Part shown: one piece after another, positions 7,502-17,592 of the stretch
Position numbering within the stretch: the stretch's first letter is position 1
How the letters are laid out: each line of letters begins with the position of its first letter
DNA from: an uncultured archaeon
GTDB lineage: Archaea; Asgardarchaeota; Thorarchaeia; Thorarchaeales; Thorarchaeaceae
Length of the DNA: 53,317 nt
Assembly (NCBI GenBank): GCA_964458565.1
Contig: CAYWJO010000002.1
Coordinates: 137,008 to 190,324 of the forward strand
Reading direction: 5' to 3'
The notes under the pieces: generated by a model
The model's input: the letters and a program-made list of their open reading frames with translations, nothing else
Database searches by the model: none
Told to the model about the DNA's origin: nothing
Made by a program: the position numbers and the translations under genes

Positions 7502-10500
7502 TTGGGTTGCACAGATGTGTGGAAGTGGCCCTATTTGCAAGGTAAGCAAAGAATATTCAGCATCATCATGATATGCATCCTTCTTTTCCAATTCACTTTT
7601 CTATTACATCCTCGAAAAGAAATAATTGCACCTGTCGTGTTGGAACCGCTAAATCATAATCTTGCTGCTGATGTTCCTATTCATCCTTTAAGTAAAGTCA
7701 CAGTTGTCGATTTTGATTCTGAATCCTATATTGACGATTTCTCATTTATGGCTGCAGTTCCGACTAGCGTTTATACATACAATGGTGAACAATACTTGTC
7801 ACCTCTCTTCTTTTCCACAGGTTCAGAGTCTGAATCTTGGTTAATAGATGATTGGGTTGAATATATGTCAGTGGATGATGGAATATCTAGTGCAGTAGCA
7901 ATCGGTGATTTATCTGAGACCAAACTACAAGATGTCCGAGAGAAACTTGGATCCAAGATATGGCCAAGGATTGATGGTGCGTCATCATCAGAGAATGCTG
8001 CTATGCTAGCAGCCTACGAATGGAATAGTTCAGATGTAGCTATCCTTGCACTTTCTCGTGATGAATTTCCCGAACCAACAATCACAACTGGTTCTAGTGA
8101 ACATACCTTAACTAATGAGGCTGTGCAGCTTTACACATACAACTTCACTGTGACTGATTCAAATCCTTATAACTTTGCATTTACTCCACCTAGTGATTCT
8201 TGCTGGATAGAGGGATATGTGGATTGGGCTGGATCTCAGGTCTTCACCCACACACTGAACACACCTGATGATTACATTGTGGATTATTCGGTTTACAGGC
8301 AAACAGTCTTCGAGCGTAACCCTCTTTATGTTTCTGAGCTGGTCCCACTTCATTTCTGGTATCCAATGATATCCGATGGCGAATGGACAATGACTATTAC
8401 TCCTAGGACCACCGTAACAACGCCTATCGATCTGAGTGCAGTAGTAAAGTATCATCCAGGATTCACTCAAGCAATTACTGTTCCATCGAATGCGAAATGG
8501 TTGAATGTAAGTATCAATTGGGATAATGCGGGGACTGATCTAAATCTTGCATTGGTGGATCCCACAAATCGTCTAACTCAATGGGCACCTGCTGAGAGCT
8601 TAATCTCTGGAGCTGGGCGTGACAGTATAGATATTCCATATCCCATGGGTGGACAGTGGAAGCTAATCGTGACATGGCCTGACGCGTCATCCGAAACAAA
8701 TAATGTTGATACTAATTGGATTATCGAATCACTCCCACAGAATTTAGACGCCTATATGGAGTCTGCTGCAAATGGTGCAGTCATTGCATCGCTGATGAAT
8801 GCCCCACTTCTTTACGTTTCTCCAAGTTCAGTTCCTACATATACTGAATGGGCTTTAGAATACTTGGATGTTTCAAACATTATCCTCATTGATCCTGCGG
8901 GAATACATCAGTCATCCTTAGAAACTCAGATTGATTCTATGGTGACTCGAATGAACGCAGATACCTATCCTGCTGTATCTGCAATCATTAATAGCTTGGC
9001 TAACACACTTGGAATTATGGAAAGAAATCTTGTCGTTACAACACCCTTGGGTCATGGTGAGGAGTTCTTTCCTGTTGCTGCATTTTCAGCAGCAAAACAA
9101 GCTGCTACCGTTCTTTCTCTGTCTGGAATTGATAATTCCGTTACCACGAGAGCTGAGGAAACATGGTATCCTTACCTTATTGGACCTGATATTGAAAATG
9201 TCTATGTTACAGAACGATGGACAACTCGTACCGAGAATGGGTGGTACGATGAAAGAATTCCAAATAGCTATTCGATGAACGCAGCAGCTAATACATTCAT
9301 TGATTTTCTTGATGACCGGGGCGCATATGATGCTGTAAACCAGCAAATGGTCACGATACTCTCCCCAACAGACATGATCAAAACAAGTTTCGACCGTGCC
9401 ATTCAAGGTGAATTCATTGTCGGACGACTTCCTGCTGCTCATGCACCGTTAATGTCAATATTTGGATGTAAAGGTGCACTTCATCGATTTCTATTCAGCA
9501 CAGCGGATTCTGCTGATACTTCCTTATTGTCAATGTATGCTTATACTGATGGCTACAATTATTTGGATAATTTTGGAACCACCCATTATATCCAGCAGTA
9601 TGATAATTCCTTAAACGCTCTTGAAGGAGCAGATTTCACTATAGAATCCCATGTGGGGAAAAATGAGGTTTATTCAATTCTAGGGTCACAGGTTGCGATT
9701 TGGTCTTTCAGTACCCATGGCACTCTTACAATAGCACCCACAGATCCTCCTGAACGACCTGGTGGTCTTGGCTTTTTCTCTCTTCGAAGCGAAGATGCGC
9801 CATATGGATTTGAAGAGAGCATAGCTATCAGAGAAAGTCCTCAAGATTCGGATAATCTAGTTAATCCAGTTATGTATCCAGATGAGAATGCATACCATGT
9901 TCTTGGAAATACTGAAGAGTTGGATTCTCAAATTGAGAATATCGGATCTCCTATCGTTCTTATTACAGCTTGTCTGTTGGGAGGTACCAACTTACCATAT
10001 ATGCTCATGGAGCATGGAGCCGTTGCAGTCATAGCCGCCCCCAGAACTGTATATTTTCAACCGGGCGGGTTACTCTGTGATATAGCTACGGAATCACTAG
10101 CTGATGGTAATTCTACAGGCGCCTCTCTTACATACGGATTGATGGCTGTGTCATCTAATTATGTTGACTATGTTGATGATACAGGTTCTGATTATGGAAA
10201 TCAGCAAGTTCTCTTTGGAGACCCATCAGTAAGGCTCTATGAAACAACAGCGTCACCCCATGTAGCTGCCGTAGACCCGCTATCAACTGAATTCGGAACA
10301 CATACACCAGGACGCGGTATTCCTGAGATTGCAGCTCTTGGATCTAGTAATGACCTACCTATCGCTCTCCAAGAACTAGAGATTGATTATGACTTCTACA
10401 CATCTGGTAATTATACCGAGTTCATGCTGCTCTTAGATTTAAGGAGAATCCTGATTATCTATCCAGAGTCCGATGCTTCCCTTCTATCAGAGCTGGAATC

Positions 10501-11341
10501 TCGCATTGATTCAATGAAAGATTACGTTGCCTCTGGTGGAGCTTTAACATTCTTTGGTGTGTCTGAAACCCTTGATTGGTTACCTTGGTCAGCTTCTTAC
10601 CAATCATCTGGACCTGGTTCTTCGGTTACTATTCTAGAACCAGAACACCCTCTAGTCACAAGCCCCAATCCAATCTCAGAATCACTCACATATCAGGGAA
10701 CACTGGATTCCCTTTGGAGTAACTTCTCAGTTATAGCCTCTGATGGTTCAGGTGCTGTTTTTGTTGCAGGTACATATGGAAATGGCAAGGTGGCTCTTTC
10801 GACTATCAATGTCATTGGGATTCAGGAAGAGCTATTGTTGGAGAATGTTGCTGGTTGGATAGATGCCCCCTCTTTGTATCTGCTTGATGTTGAACTGAGT
10901 CAAATCATCATCTGGGGTGGGGATAGAGTGACAATTACTTTAACAGTAGTCGATCAGCGGGGGATTGGAATAACAGGGTTGGCTCCAACAGTCTATCTAA
11001 ATTCTACTGAATTCGCAGTCACTGAGATTGGTAATGGCTTATACAGATTTATTGCAGATGAAACATGGACCTCTAACAATGCAGGTTGGATTGAACTCCG
11101 TGTGTATGCTACAAGAACGGGTTACGATCCACTCAATGCGGTCATTCTGGATCTAATGTATATCCGGCTGACTCCATATCTTATGATTGTGATAGCAGTT
11201 GCAGCCATTGTTATCATTGCAGGTGCAAGTTTCTATATTCGAAGACGTGGAAGTGGCAGTAGAAGTCGTACTAAAGATGAGTATAAGAAACAGCAGTCAG
11301 AAGACGCAAAGATTGATGCGAAGGAGCTATTTGGTGTTTAA
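7502..11341 (+). CDS. Large membrane-anchored surface protein: CWB2-like segments, beta-sandwich domains, C25 (gingipain/clan CD) peptidase-like domain, GATase-like domain, C-terminal TM helix
   Basis: N-terminal hydrophobic signal; ANGAVIASLMNAPLLYV (CWB2-like); DLNLALVDP (PPC-like); FSTHG...ITAC...GAVAVIA...LFGDP (C25-like His/Cys); C-terminal TM followed by RRR. Confidence 0.7.
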   Translation: MGCTDVWKWPYLQGKQRIFSIIMICILLFQFTFLLHPRKEIIAPVVLEPLNHNLAADVPIHPLSKVTVVDFDSESYIDDFSFMAAVPTSVYTYNGEQYLSPLFFSTGSESESWLIDDWVEYMSVDDGISSAVAIGDLSETKLQDVREKLGSKIWPRIDGASSSENAAMLAAYEWNSSDVAILALSRDEFPEPTITTGSSEHTLTNEAVQLYTYNFTVTDSNPYNFAFTPPSDSCWIEGYVDWAGSQVFTHTLNTPDDYIVDYSVYRQTVFERNPLYVSELVPLHFWYPMISDGEWTMTITPRTTVTTPIDLSAVVKYHPGFTQAITVPSNAKWLNVSINWDNAGTDLNLALVDPTNRLTQWAPAESLISGAGRDSIDIPYPMGGQWKLIVTWPDASSETNNVDTNWIIESLPQNLDAYMESAANGAVIASLMNAPLLYVSPSSVPTYTEWALEYLDVSNIILIDPAGIHQSSLETQIDSMVTRMNADTYPAVSAIINSLANTLGIMERNLVVTTPLGHGEEFFPVAAFSAAKQAATVLSLSGIDNSVTTRAEETWYPYLIGPDIENVYVTERWTTRTENGWYDERIPNSYSMNAAANTFIDFLDDRGAYDAVNQQMVTILSPTDMIKTSFDRAIQGEFIVGRLPAAHAPLMSIFGCKGALHRFLFSTADSADTSLLSMYAYTDGYNYLDNFGTTHYIQQYDNSLNALEGADFTIESHVGKNEVYSILGSQVAIWSFSTHGTLTIAPTDPPERPGGLGFFSLRSEDAPYGFEESIAIRESPQDSDNLVNPVMYPDENAYHVLGNTEELDSQIENIGSPIVLITACLLGGTNLPYMLMEHGAVAVIAAPRTVYFQPGGLLCDIATESLADGNSTGASLTYGLMAVSSNYVDYVDDTGSDYGNQQVLFGDPSVRLYETTASPHVAAVDPLSTEFGTHTPGRGIPEIAALGSSNDLPIALQELEIDYDFYTSGNYTEFMLLLDLRRILIIYPESDASLLSELESRIDSMKDYVASGGALTFFGVSETLDWLPWSASYQSSGPGSSVTILEPEHPLVTSPNPISESLTYQGTLDSLWSNFSVIASDGSGAVFVAGTYGNGKVALSTINVIGIQEELLLENVAGWIDAPSLYLLDVELSQIIIWGGDRVTITLTVVDQRGIGITGLAPTVYLNSTEFAVTEIGNGLYRFIADETWTSNNAGWIELRVYATRTGYDPLNAVILDLMYIRLTPYLMIVIAVAAIVIIAGASFYIRRRGSGSRSRTKDEYKKQQSEDAKIDAKELFGV

Positions 11342-11408
11342 GTAGATAGTATAACCATTTATTAGTCAACGTCAACGACAATCAAATACGGTTAATCATT
11401 TAGAGGTA

Positions 11409-11777
11409 ATGAAATTGTCCAGCCGTGTAGATGCAATCAATAGAGCGATACGTGATTTCGAAACTGTCCCAGGTGTAGAAGGCGCAGCCCTTGTATCCCG
11501 AGATGGTCTGATGATATCTTCTGCTCTTCCAGAGAGTGAACAGGAACGAGTCGCTGCTATAAGTGCTGCAATGTTATCTCTGGGCGAAAAAGCGACCGGA
11601 GAGCTTGACCGAGGGAATCTGCTAGAAATTTATGTAAAGGGTGATAGGGGTTATACTCTTCTCACATCAGTGGGGCCTGATGCTCTCTTACTCGTACTAG
11701 CAAAGGTAGATGCTCAATTAGGGCTCATCTTTGTAGACATGAAACGAATGGCAAATAGCTTATTGGAAATCCTATAA
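11409..11777 (+). CDS. Roadblock/LC7 (MglB/LAMTOR-like) protein
   Basis: VEGAALVSRDGLMISS, ERVAAISAAMLSLGE, L.EIYVKG..GY, QLGLIF.DMK. Confidence 0.95.
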   Translation: MKLSSRVDAINRAIRDFETVPGVEGAALVSRDGLMISSALPESEQERVAAISAAMLSLGEKATGELDRGNLLEIYVKGDRGYTLLTSVGPDALLLVLAKVDAQLGLIFVDMKRMANSLLEIL

Positions 11778-11785
11778 ATTCTAGA

Positions 11786-13021
11786 CTATGAACTAATCAT
11801 ATCTTTGACCAAATCCATAATCTCCTTTGCCACTAGCCTCTTAGATACAAGTGGGACCTTCTTGATAACTCCATTCTTACCCACTATCAGGACTTCATTT
11901 GTATCCCCACCGAATGCTACACCTTTTCTAGCCGCATCGTTGGCTACCACAATATTGCAGATTCCTTCATCAATCTTTACTATCGCTCTTGCTTCAAGCT
12001 CATCATCACTTACACCGGATTCGACCTTGAAACCGACAATGAAGAGAGTTCCATATTTCTTTCTTACCTCTTCAATTATTTTCTTTGTTGGAACAAGATC
12101 TATTGTGAGGGATTCGTTCTTGGATGGAATTTTTCTGTCCTCTGTCTTTGATGGTTTGTAATCAAGAACTGCTGCTGATGAGATGAAGACATCACAATCA
12201 TCAAGTGAGCTTAGAGTTGCCTCCAGCATATCATCACTTGTTGTCACTCGGATTGTATCAATGTGACTAGGTGGTTCCATCATTGTTGGTCCAAGTATTA
12301 ATTTGACATTTCCTCCCCTTGAAACAATCTCATTCGCGATTGCTATACCCATTTTTCCTGTAGACGGGTTTGTAATATATCGGACTCTATCAATCCACCC
12401 TTGGGTGGGTCCAGCTGTTATTACGAAGTTAATTCCATTGAAATCCTTTGGGCCAATCAATGAGATAATCTGAGCAACAATATCCTCCGGATTCGGGAAC
12501 TTTGCTTTTGCCTCTTCCATACGTGGCTCGACAAAGTGAATCCCCATTTGTTTTAGTTTCTGGATATTTTCAATTACTGCAGGATGGTCATACATTGACT
12601 CATGCATTGCTGGAACGATAACCACTGGGATTTTAGTACCTATAGCTGATGATATTGTGGTTGTGACTGAGGTGTCGTCTATTCCATTGGCAATCTTGCC
12701 TATGGTATTTGCAGTCGACGGGGCAATGAGTGCAAGATCGACATGTCCATCATGTTTTCCTGCAAGAGTAATATGTTCAATCTGACCCGTCAGCTCAGTA
12801 ACGACTGGATTCCCAGTTGCCCATTCCATCAGATATGGATGAATAAGTTTCTTCGCAGCTTCACTCATTACAACATGAATTTCAGCACCATGCCTCATCA
12901 AAAGCCGAGAGAGTGCCACACACTCCGCCGCTGCAACACTTCCTGTGATACATAATGCGATTGACTTTCCTTCGAGGTTGCTACTATACGTTGATTTAAT
13001 CAGCTTGGAAGTGTGATTCAT
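11786..13021 (-). CDS. coaBC: Bifunctional phosphopantothenoylcysteine decarboxylase / phosphopantothenate--cysteine ligase
   Basis: TGSVAA, APSTANTIGKIANGIDD, PAMHESM, TAGPT...ID.VRYITN.STGKMG, AAV.DY, VGFK.E, VAND. Confidence 0.96.
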   Translation of the reverse strand: MNHTSKLIKSTYSSNLEGKSIALCITGSVAAAECVALSRLLMRHGAEIHVVMSEAAKKLIHPYLMEWATGNPVVTELTGQIEHITLAGKHDGHVDLALIAPSTANTIGKIANGIDDTSVTTTISSAIGTKIPVVIVPAMHESMYDHPAVIENIQKLKQMGIHFVEPRMEEAKAKFPNPEDIVAQIISLIGPKDFNGINFVITAGPTQGWIDRVRYITNPSTGKMGIAIANEIVSRGGNVKLILGPTMMEPPSHIDTIRVTTSDDMLEATLSSLDDCDVFISSAAVLDYKPSKTEDRKIPSKNESLTIDLVPTKKIIEEVRKKYGTLFIVGFKVESGVSDDELEARAIVKIDEGICNIVVANDAARKGVAFGGDTNEVLIVGKNGVIKKVPLVSKRLVAKEIMDLVKDMISS

Positions 13022-13267
13022 TATTGGTTCTCACAATTTTATATTCTAAACCAATCTTGATAAAGTAGACGGAAATGTACAAAATCGTATTGATGAAGCA
13101 TCTAGAAGTCTGAGCAAAGGATATATTTGTGAAATTGTTTGGACAGCAGTGTCATTGACGTTCACCTCAGTGGTGATACCGAATGGAATACGCGCTATAC
13201 GGACTGGATTCGGAGAAACACAATCGTAGAAGACAGCCCATATTAGACAATAATAATACATGAGAAG

Positions 13268-14119
13268 GTGCGATGGTACTTGGCAGATTCTTCTGAGGAA
13301 CTGGAGGCCGACTTTAGTAAGTTTAAGCCAGAAAAAAAGGCCCGGTTCCAAGCGTATGATAAGGTTGTATCTGCCTTTAATACACCAACACAATCGCTCT
13401 TTGTTCTCGATAGTGATGCAGAAGTAGATACTTTTCAACGTGACTTCAATGAGTATCTGAAATACACAAATCGGATTGATGAGGGGTCGTTAGGTCTTCC
13501 ATATCATGTGGTTCGGATTGGCTATGACGGTGATATGTTAGATGATATGTTCCGATTGGTCGTATCTGATGAGTCTCACAATTTTAATCCAGCAGATTTA
13601 GACCCGAGTATGTTATATTCCAAACAGTCAATCTTTCAACATCTCTATCAGATCATCACAAAAGACAAGTTTGTGATTTTTCATATCACTGAATTTCCTC
13701 TCGCATATTATTTTGAAACTGCCGTTGTAGTTGATGTTGAAACATTATCTGATATTATGGATCCCTCTGTCCATGATGACACAATTATCAGGTATCTTAA
13801 TGACCTGCGAGAACAAGGTACTGAAGAACATAGGAAGACATATTCATTCTTTTACAGAATCAGCACTTCACTTCTCATGGAATTATCCAATGTTTTTCTT
13901 GTGGTACCCACTGCTGGAATGAATCGTCATCTGGTTGTTTCCAGCTGGCGTACACAGACACTTCTCCTCGGATTCAGTCCACTCACATGGTCCTCGGGTT
14001 CATTTGGTGTCTACGACCTGAGTGGACGGGACATTGATGCCAGATGGGCTTATCCTGCTCCGCAATCGAAAGATCCCCGCGCAAAATGGTATACGAGTCT
14101 TGTTCCGTTGAAGAAATAA
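13268..14119 (+). CDS. Hypothetical protein
   Basis: 283-aa ORF filling the gap with no long competing ORF; no motif recognised. Confidence 0.65.
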   Translation: MRWYLADSSEELEADFSKFKPEKKARFQAYDKVVSAFNTPTQSLFVLDSDAEVDTFQRDFNEYLKYTNRIDEGSLGLPYHVVRIGYDGDMLDDMFRLVVSDESHNFNPADLDPSMLYSKQSIFQHLYQIITKDKFVIFHITEFPLAYYFETAVVVDVETLSDIMDPSVHDDTIIRYLNDLREQGTEEHRKTYSFFYRISTSLLMELSNVFLVVPTAGMNRHLVVSSWRTQTLLLGFSPLTWSSGSFGVYDLSGRDIDARWAYPAPQSKDPRAKWYTSLVPLKK

Positions 14120-14231
14120 CAACGAATGTATAATGTATATACATGTATATCCCCGTCCAAGATTGTATTAGTAATCTATAATAAGTCGAAATCAAGAATC
14201 ATTCTTGCAAGACATCTTGGACTAACAGAAG

Positions 14232-15143
14232 ATGACATATCCCAAACATGCCCGTGCTTTTGTACCCGGTCATATAACAGGAATGTTCAGAATTCATGAC
14301 GACTCTGAAAACCTCCTTCATTGTGGTTCTACGGGTGCAGGTTTTTGTATAATGGCAGGGACTGTCACGTCTGTGGAGATGAAAAAGAACGAACGATTTG
14401 AGGTAGAAGTGAGATATAACTCCGAACTCATAGATGGACCTGTAACTAAAGCGGTGATAAGAAAATTGGTTGATGATTATGAACTCAAGTGTAAAGTAAG
14501 AGTACATCATGATTCAGCACTACCGATTGGAGTGGGATGGGGTGCATCAGGAGCTGGTGCATTGGGTACTGCTATTGCCGCAACATCTTTGATTTCTAAG
14601 GATATCACCCCTTACCAAGCTGCAAGTTATGCTCATGTTGCAGAGGTTGAAAATCATACAGGTCTTGGAGATGTCATTGCTCAGTTTATGGGTGGATTCG
14701 AAATACGTCATCGGCCAGGTCCGCCTGGAATTGGAGAGATCACCAATTTAACATATGATGAAGAATACCATGTTGTCTTGGCAGGTGGTATAGGTCTTGA
14801 GACCGGTCAGGTTCTTACTAATGACTATCAAAAGACCAAAATCAATACTTTTGGTGATCAGCGTATCACCGAGTTGATGGAGAATCCAACGGTTGAAACG
14901 TTTATCGATTGTTCTAGATTGTTCTCTTCTGAAACTGGATTAGAAACATCTAGAGTCCATTCTGCTCTGGTTGACCTTGATTCCAATGAAATAAAATCTG
15001 GAATGGTCATGCTTGGGGATTCGTTATTCTGTCTCTGTAGTGAATCAGAGGTGAGTACTGCTGTTGGAATACTATCGCTTTATTGGAGTGAACATGAAGT
15101 ATTAGTCACTTCGATTGCGAACGATGGTGGGAGGCTCCTTTAG
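14232..15143 (+). CDS. pok: Pantoate kinase (archaeal, GHMP kinase family)
   Basis: AFVPGHITG.F, GS.GAG, LP.G.G.G.SGAGAL, AHVAEV...TGLGDV, MVMLG; operon with pps and panE. Confidence 0.92.
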   Translation: MTYPKHARAFVPGHITGMFRIHDDSENLLHCGSTGAGFCIMAGTVTSVEMKKNERFEVEVRYNSELIDGPVTKAVIRKLVDDYELKCKVRVHHDSALPIGVGWGASGAGALGTAIAATSLISKDITPYQAASYAHVAEVENHTGLGDVIAQFMGGFEIRHRPGPPGIGEITNLTYDEEYHVVLAGGIGLETGQVLTNDYQKTKINTFGDQRITELMENPTVETFIDCSRLFSSETGLETSRVHSALVDLDSNEIKSGMVMLGDSLFCLCSESEVSTAVGILSLYWSEHEVLVTSIANDGGRLL

Positions 15144-15932
15144 ATGAGTCGAATCGAAATACCTCAAGATCATCCCAGACGGATATCTCTTGAAACGCGT
15201 GAGAAAGCAATTGAAGGTTATGAAAATCATGTTGTTGCTACAGCAGGACTGCTAGCACATGGGCGTGGTGAAGCTTTTGATTATCTTATCGGAGAGATTA
15301 CCACAAGTCAAGCCAAAGTAGCCATTAGAGCTGCTGTTGCTAAATTACTTCTAGCAAAACACCCGGTGATTAGTGTCAATGGCAATATTTGTGCACTTGT
15401 ACCCAATGAATTAGTACGACTCTCAGACTTAACAAATGCACGTCTGGAAATCAACCTATTTTATTATCAGAAAGAACGAGAGGATGCTATTCTTCATCAA
15501 CTTAGAACAGCAGGTGCTGAACGTGTTTTGGGAACTCATGACCGTCCATCTGAAACAATACCCGAATTGAGCAGTAACCGAAGGAAAGTTGATTCAGAAG
15601 GGATTGCAATTGCTGATGTCGTATTAGTCCCGTTGGAAGACGGTGATAGAACAGAGGCTCTCCGTGCGATTGGAAAATATGTGATCACTATAGATTTGAA
15701 TCCAATGAGTAGAACATCAGTCTTCTCAAACATCACAATTGTCGATAATGTTGTAAGAGCGATGCCGCTTATGGTCGAAGAAGCACGTGAGATGTTGACA
15801 TGGTCTACGGAAAAGCTGTATGCGGTAGTTACTAATTTTGATAACAACGAAAATCGTGCTATTTCTATCAACTTGATGATTGAACACCTTGAGAATAGAG
15901 CAAGAGAAGCAATGGAGGTCCAACAATTATGA
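15144..15932 (+). CDS. pps: Phosphopantothenate synthetase (4-phosphopantoate--beta-alanine ligase)
   Basis: HPR..SL..RE, AHGRGEAFDYLIGE, PVISVNGN, VLVPLEDGDR.EAL, IDLNP.SRT. Confidence 0.95.
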   Translation: MSRIEIPQDHPRRISLETREKAIEGYENHVVATAGLLAHGRGEAFDYLIGEITTSQAKVAIRAAVAKLLLAKHPVISVNGNICALVPNELVRLSDLTNARLEINLFYYQKEREDAILHQLRTAGAERVLGTHDRPSETIPELSSNRRKVDSEGIAIADVVLVPLEDGDRTEALRAIGKYVITIDLNPMSRTSVFSNITIVDNVVRAMPLMVEEAREMLTWSTEKLYAVVTNFDNNENRAISINLMIEHLENRAREAMEVQQL

Positions 15933-16918
15933 AAATAGCTATAATGGGATCTGGTGCTATTGGTAGCTTGTATGGCGGCTTACTCAGTATTGCCGGAGAA
16001 GATGTTGTTCTATTGGTGGGTAGACAACGAAATGTTAATGCCATAAATGATAGAGGCCTTCGAATAACAGGTGTTATGGGAGATCACATTGTAAGGGTGC
16101 CTGCAAGTGAAGACCCCTCAGGGATTGAAGAAGCAGACTTGGTAATAATCACAACTAAGGCCTATGACACCAAAGATGCTGCTCTGGCAGTTAAACACCT
16201 GACTGATTCTGGTGCATATATTTTGGTGCTTCAGAATGGACTTGGGATGGAAAAGAGTGTGGCAGAAATTCTGAACACTACTCGTGTACTAAGGGGTACT
16301 ACCTGTGCTGGTGCAGTGATGACCGGTCCTGGAGAAGTTATGGCAACTGGAAGAGGGCTTACAGAGATTGGATCGCACTTTCCTGAGAATCGTTCCATGG
16401 TTGAACAAATAACTGAAGCTCTATCAAGGGCGGGATTTGAAGTAAGGGCTTCTGAGAATATCGAGGGTGTGGTTTGGACTAAAACAATAGTAAACTGTGG
16501 TCTTAATCCAGTTGGTGCCTTGACTCGATTGACAAATGGGGAAATTTACTCGAATGATGATCTTCGTGATTTAATCATTACCCTGGTTGAAGAAACTACG
16601 CTGGTAGCAAAAGAATTGGGTATTGAACTTACTACCGATGATCCTGTTCGATATACATTGGGTACTGCAAAAGCAACAGGTGATAACATTAATTCAATGC
16701 TGCAAGATATCCTCACGAGAAAGAGAACCGAAATTGAGCACATAACAGGAACTGTCATTAGAGAAGCCTTGAAGAGAGGTATTAGGGTTCCTGTAAGTCA
16801 AGCCGTTTATGCTCTGATTAAAGCAATTGAATCCAAGTATATATCTGACCCAACCGTAGAGTCAAAGGATATTCATCTAAGTATCTCAGAACTCCTCGAA
16901 TTGATGTCTAAACATTAA
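15929..16918 (+). CDS. panE: 2-dehydropantoate 2-reductase (ketopantoate reductase)
   Basis: GSGAIG Rossmann motif, TKAYDT, LQNGLG, W.K..VN..LNP, N..SM.QD...R.TEI..I.G. Confidence 0.94.
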   Translation: MKIAIMGSGAIGSLYGGLLSIAGEDVVLLVGRQRNVNAINDRGLRITGVMGDHIVRVPASEDPSGIEEADLVIITTKAYDTKDAALAVKHLTDSGAYILVLQNGLGMEKSVAEILNTTRVLRGTTCAGAVMTGPGEVMATGRGLTEIGSHFPENRSMVEQITEALSRAGFEVRASENIEGVVWTKTIVNCGLNPVGALTRLTNGEIYSNDDLRDLIITLVEETTLVAKELGIELTTDDPVRYTLGTAKATGDNINSMLQDILTRKRTEIEHITGTVIREALKRGIRVPVSQAVYALIKAIESKYISDPTVESKDIHLSISELLELMSKH

Positions 16919-17591
16919 ACCAATTCTTCGCTGTTTGATATGATATCTCCGCTGATCTCTTGGCATTGTGTTTGATTGACTGATTATGACCTGGAAGTGC
17001 GATTTCGAAATCTATCTGGGACAATCTCTTCAGCGAATCAACAATCAATCTTGCAGACCCATTCGGAAAATCAACTCTTCCGAAACTTCCTCCTGCAAAT
17101 AAGGTGTCTCCAGTTACAATAAGCTCCTGCTCCTCCAAATGCAGACATACACTCCCACTTGAATGACCTGGAGTGTGTAAGACTCTCATCATGATATCGC
17201 CAAAAACAAGGATTTGGCCTTCTTCAAGAATGCCTTCGATTTTCATGTCAGGTAGTTGAGCACCAAATGTATCAGCGAGAGTCCCGCTCATATCCCCCGC
17301 ATTAATTAGATTAGCTTCTTCTTTGTGAAGGTGAATTCTCGGTGAGTTGTTCTCTAGCATTGGAACAAGGCCTCCTATATGATCTATATGGCTATGCGTG
17401 AGTATGACATCGGTAATCTTTGAAAGAGAACTTCCAACATTCTGTAGATCTTTATCTAGTTCCTCTGCAAAGAGCCCTGTACCTGTGTCAATGAGGATTT
17501 GATTTTCGTTTGCATCAATGTATACAATATTGCTATCAAAGGAGCGACTCGTTTTCATGAATATCGATTCTGCAATCAGCTCGAACATCAT
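16908..17591 (-). CDS. MBL-fold metallo-hydrolase (glyoxalase II-like)
   Basis: IDTG, THSHIDHIGG, HTPGHS.GS, TGDTLF, PGH. Confidence 0.92.
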   Translation of the reverse strand: MMFELIAESIFMKTSRSFDSNIVYIDANENQILIDTGTGLFAEELDKDLQNVGSSLSKITDVILTHSHIDHIGGLVPMLENNSPRIHLHKEEANLINAGDMSGTLADTFGAQLPDMKIEGILEEGQILVFGDIMMRVLHTPGHSSGSVCLHLEEQELIVTGDTLFAGGSFGRVDFPNGSARLIVDSLKRLSQIDFEIALPGHNQSIKHNAKRSAEISYQTAKNWFNV

Positions 17592-17592
17592 A

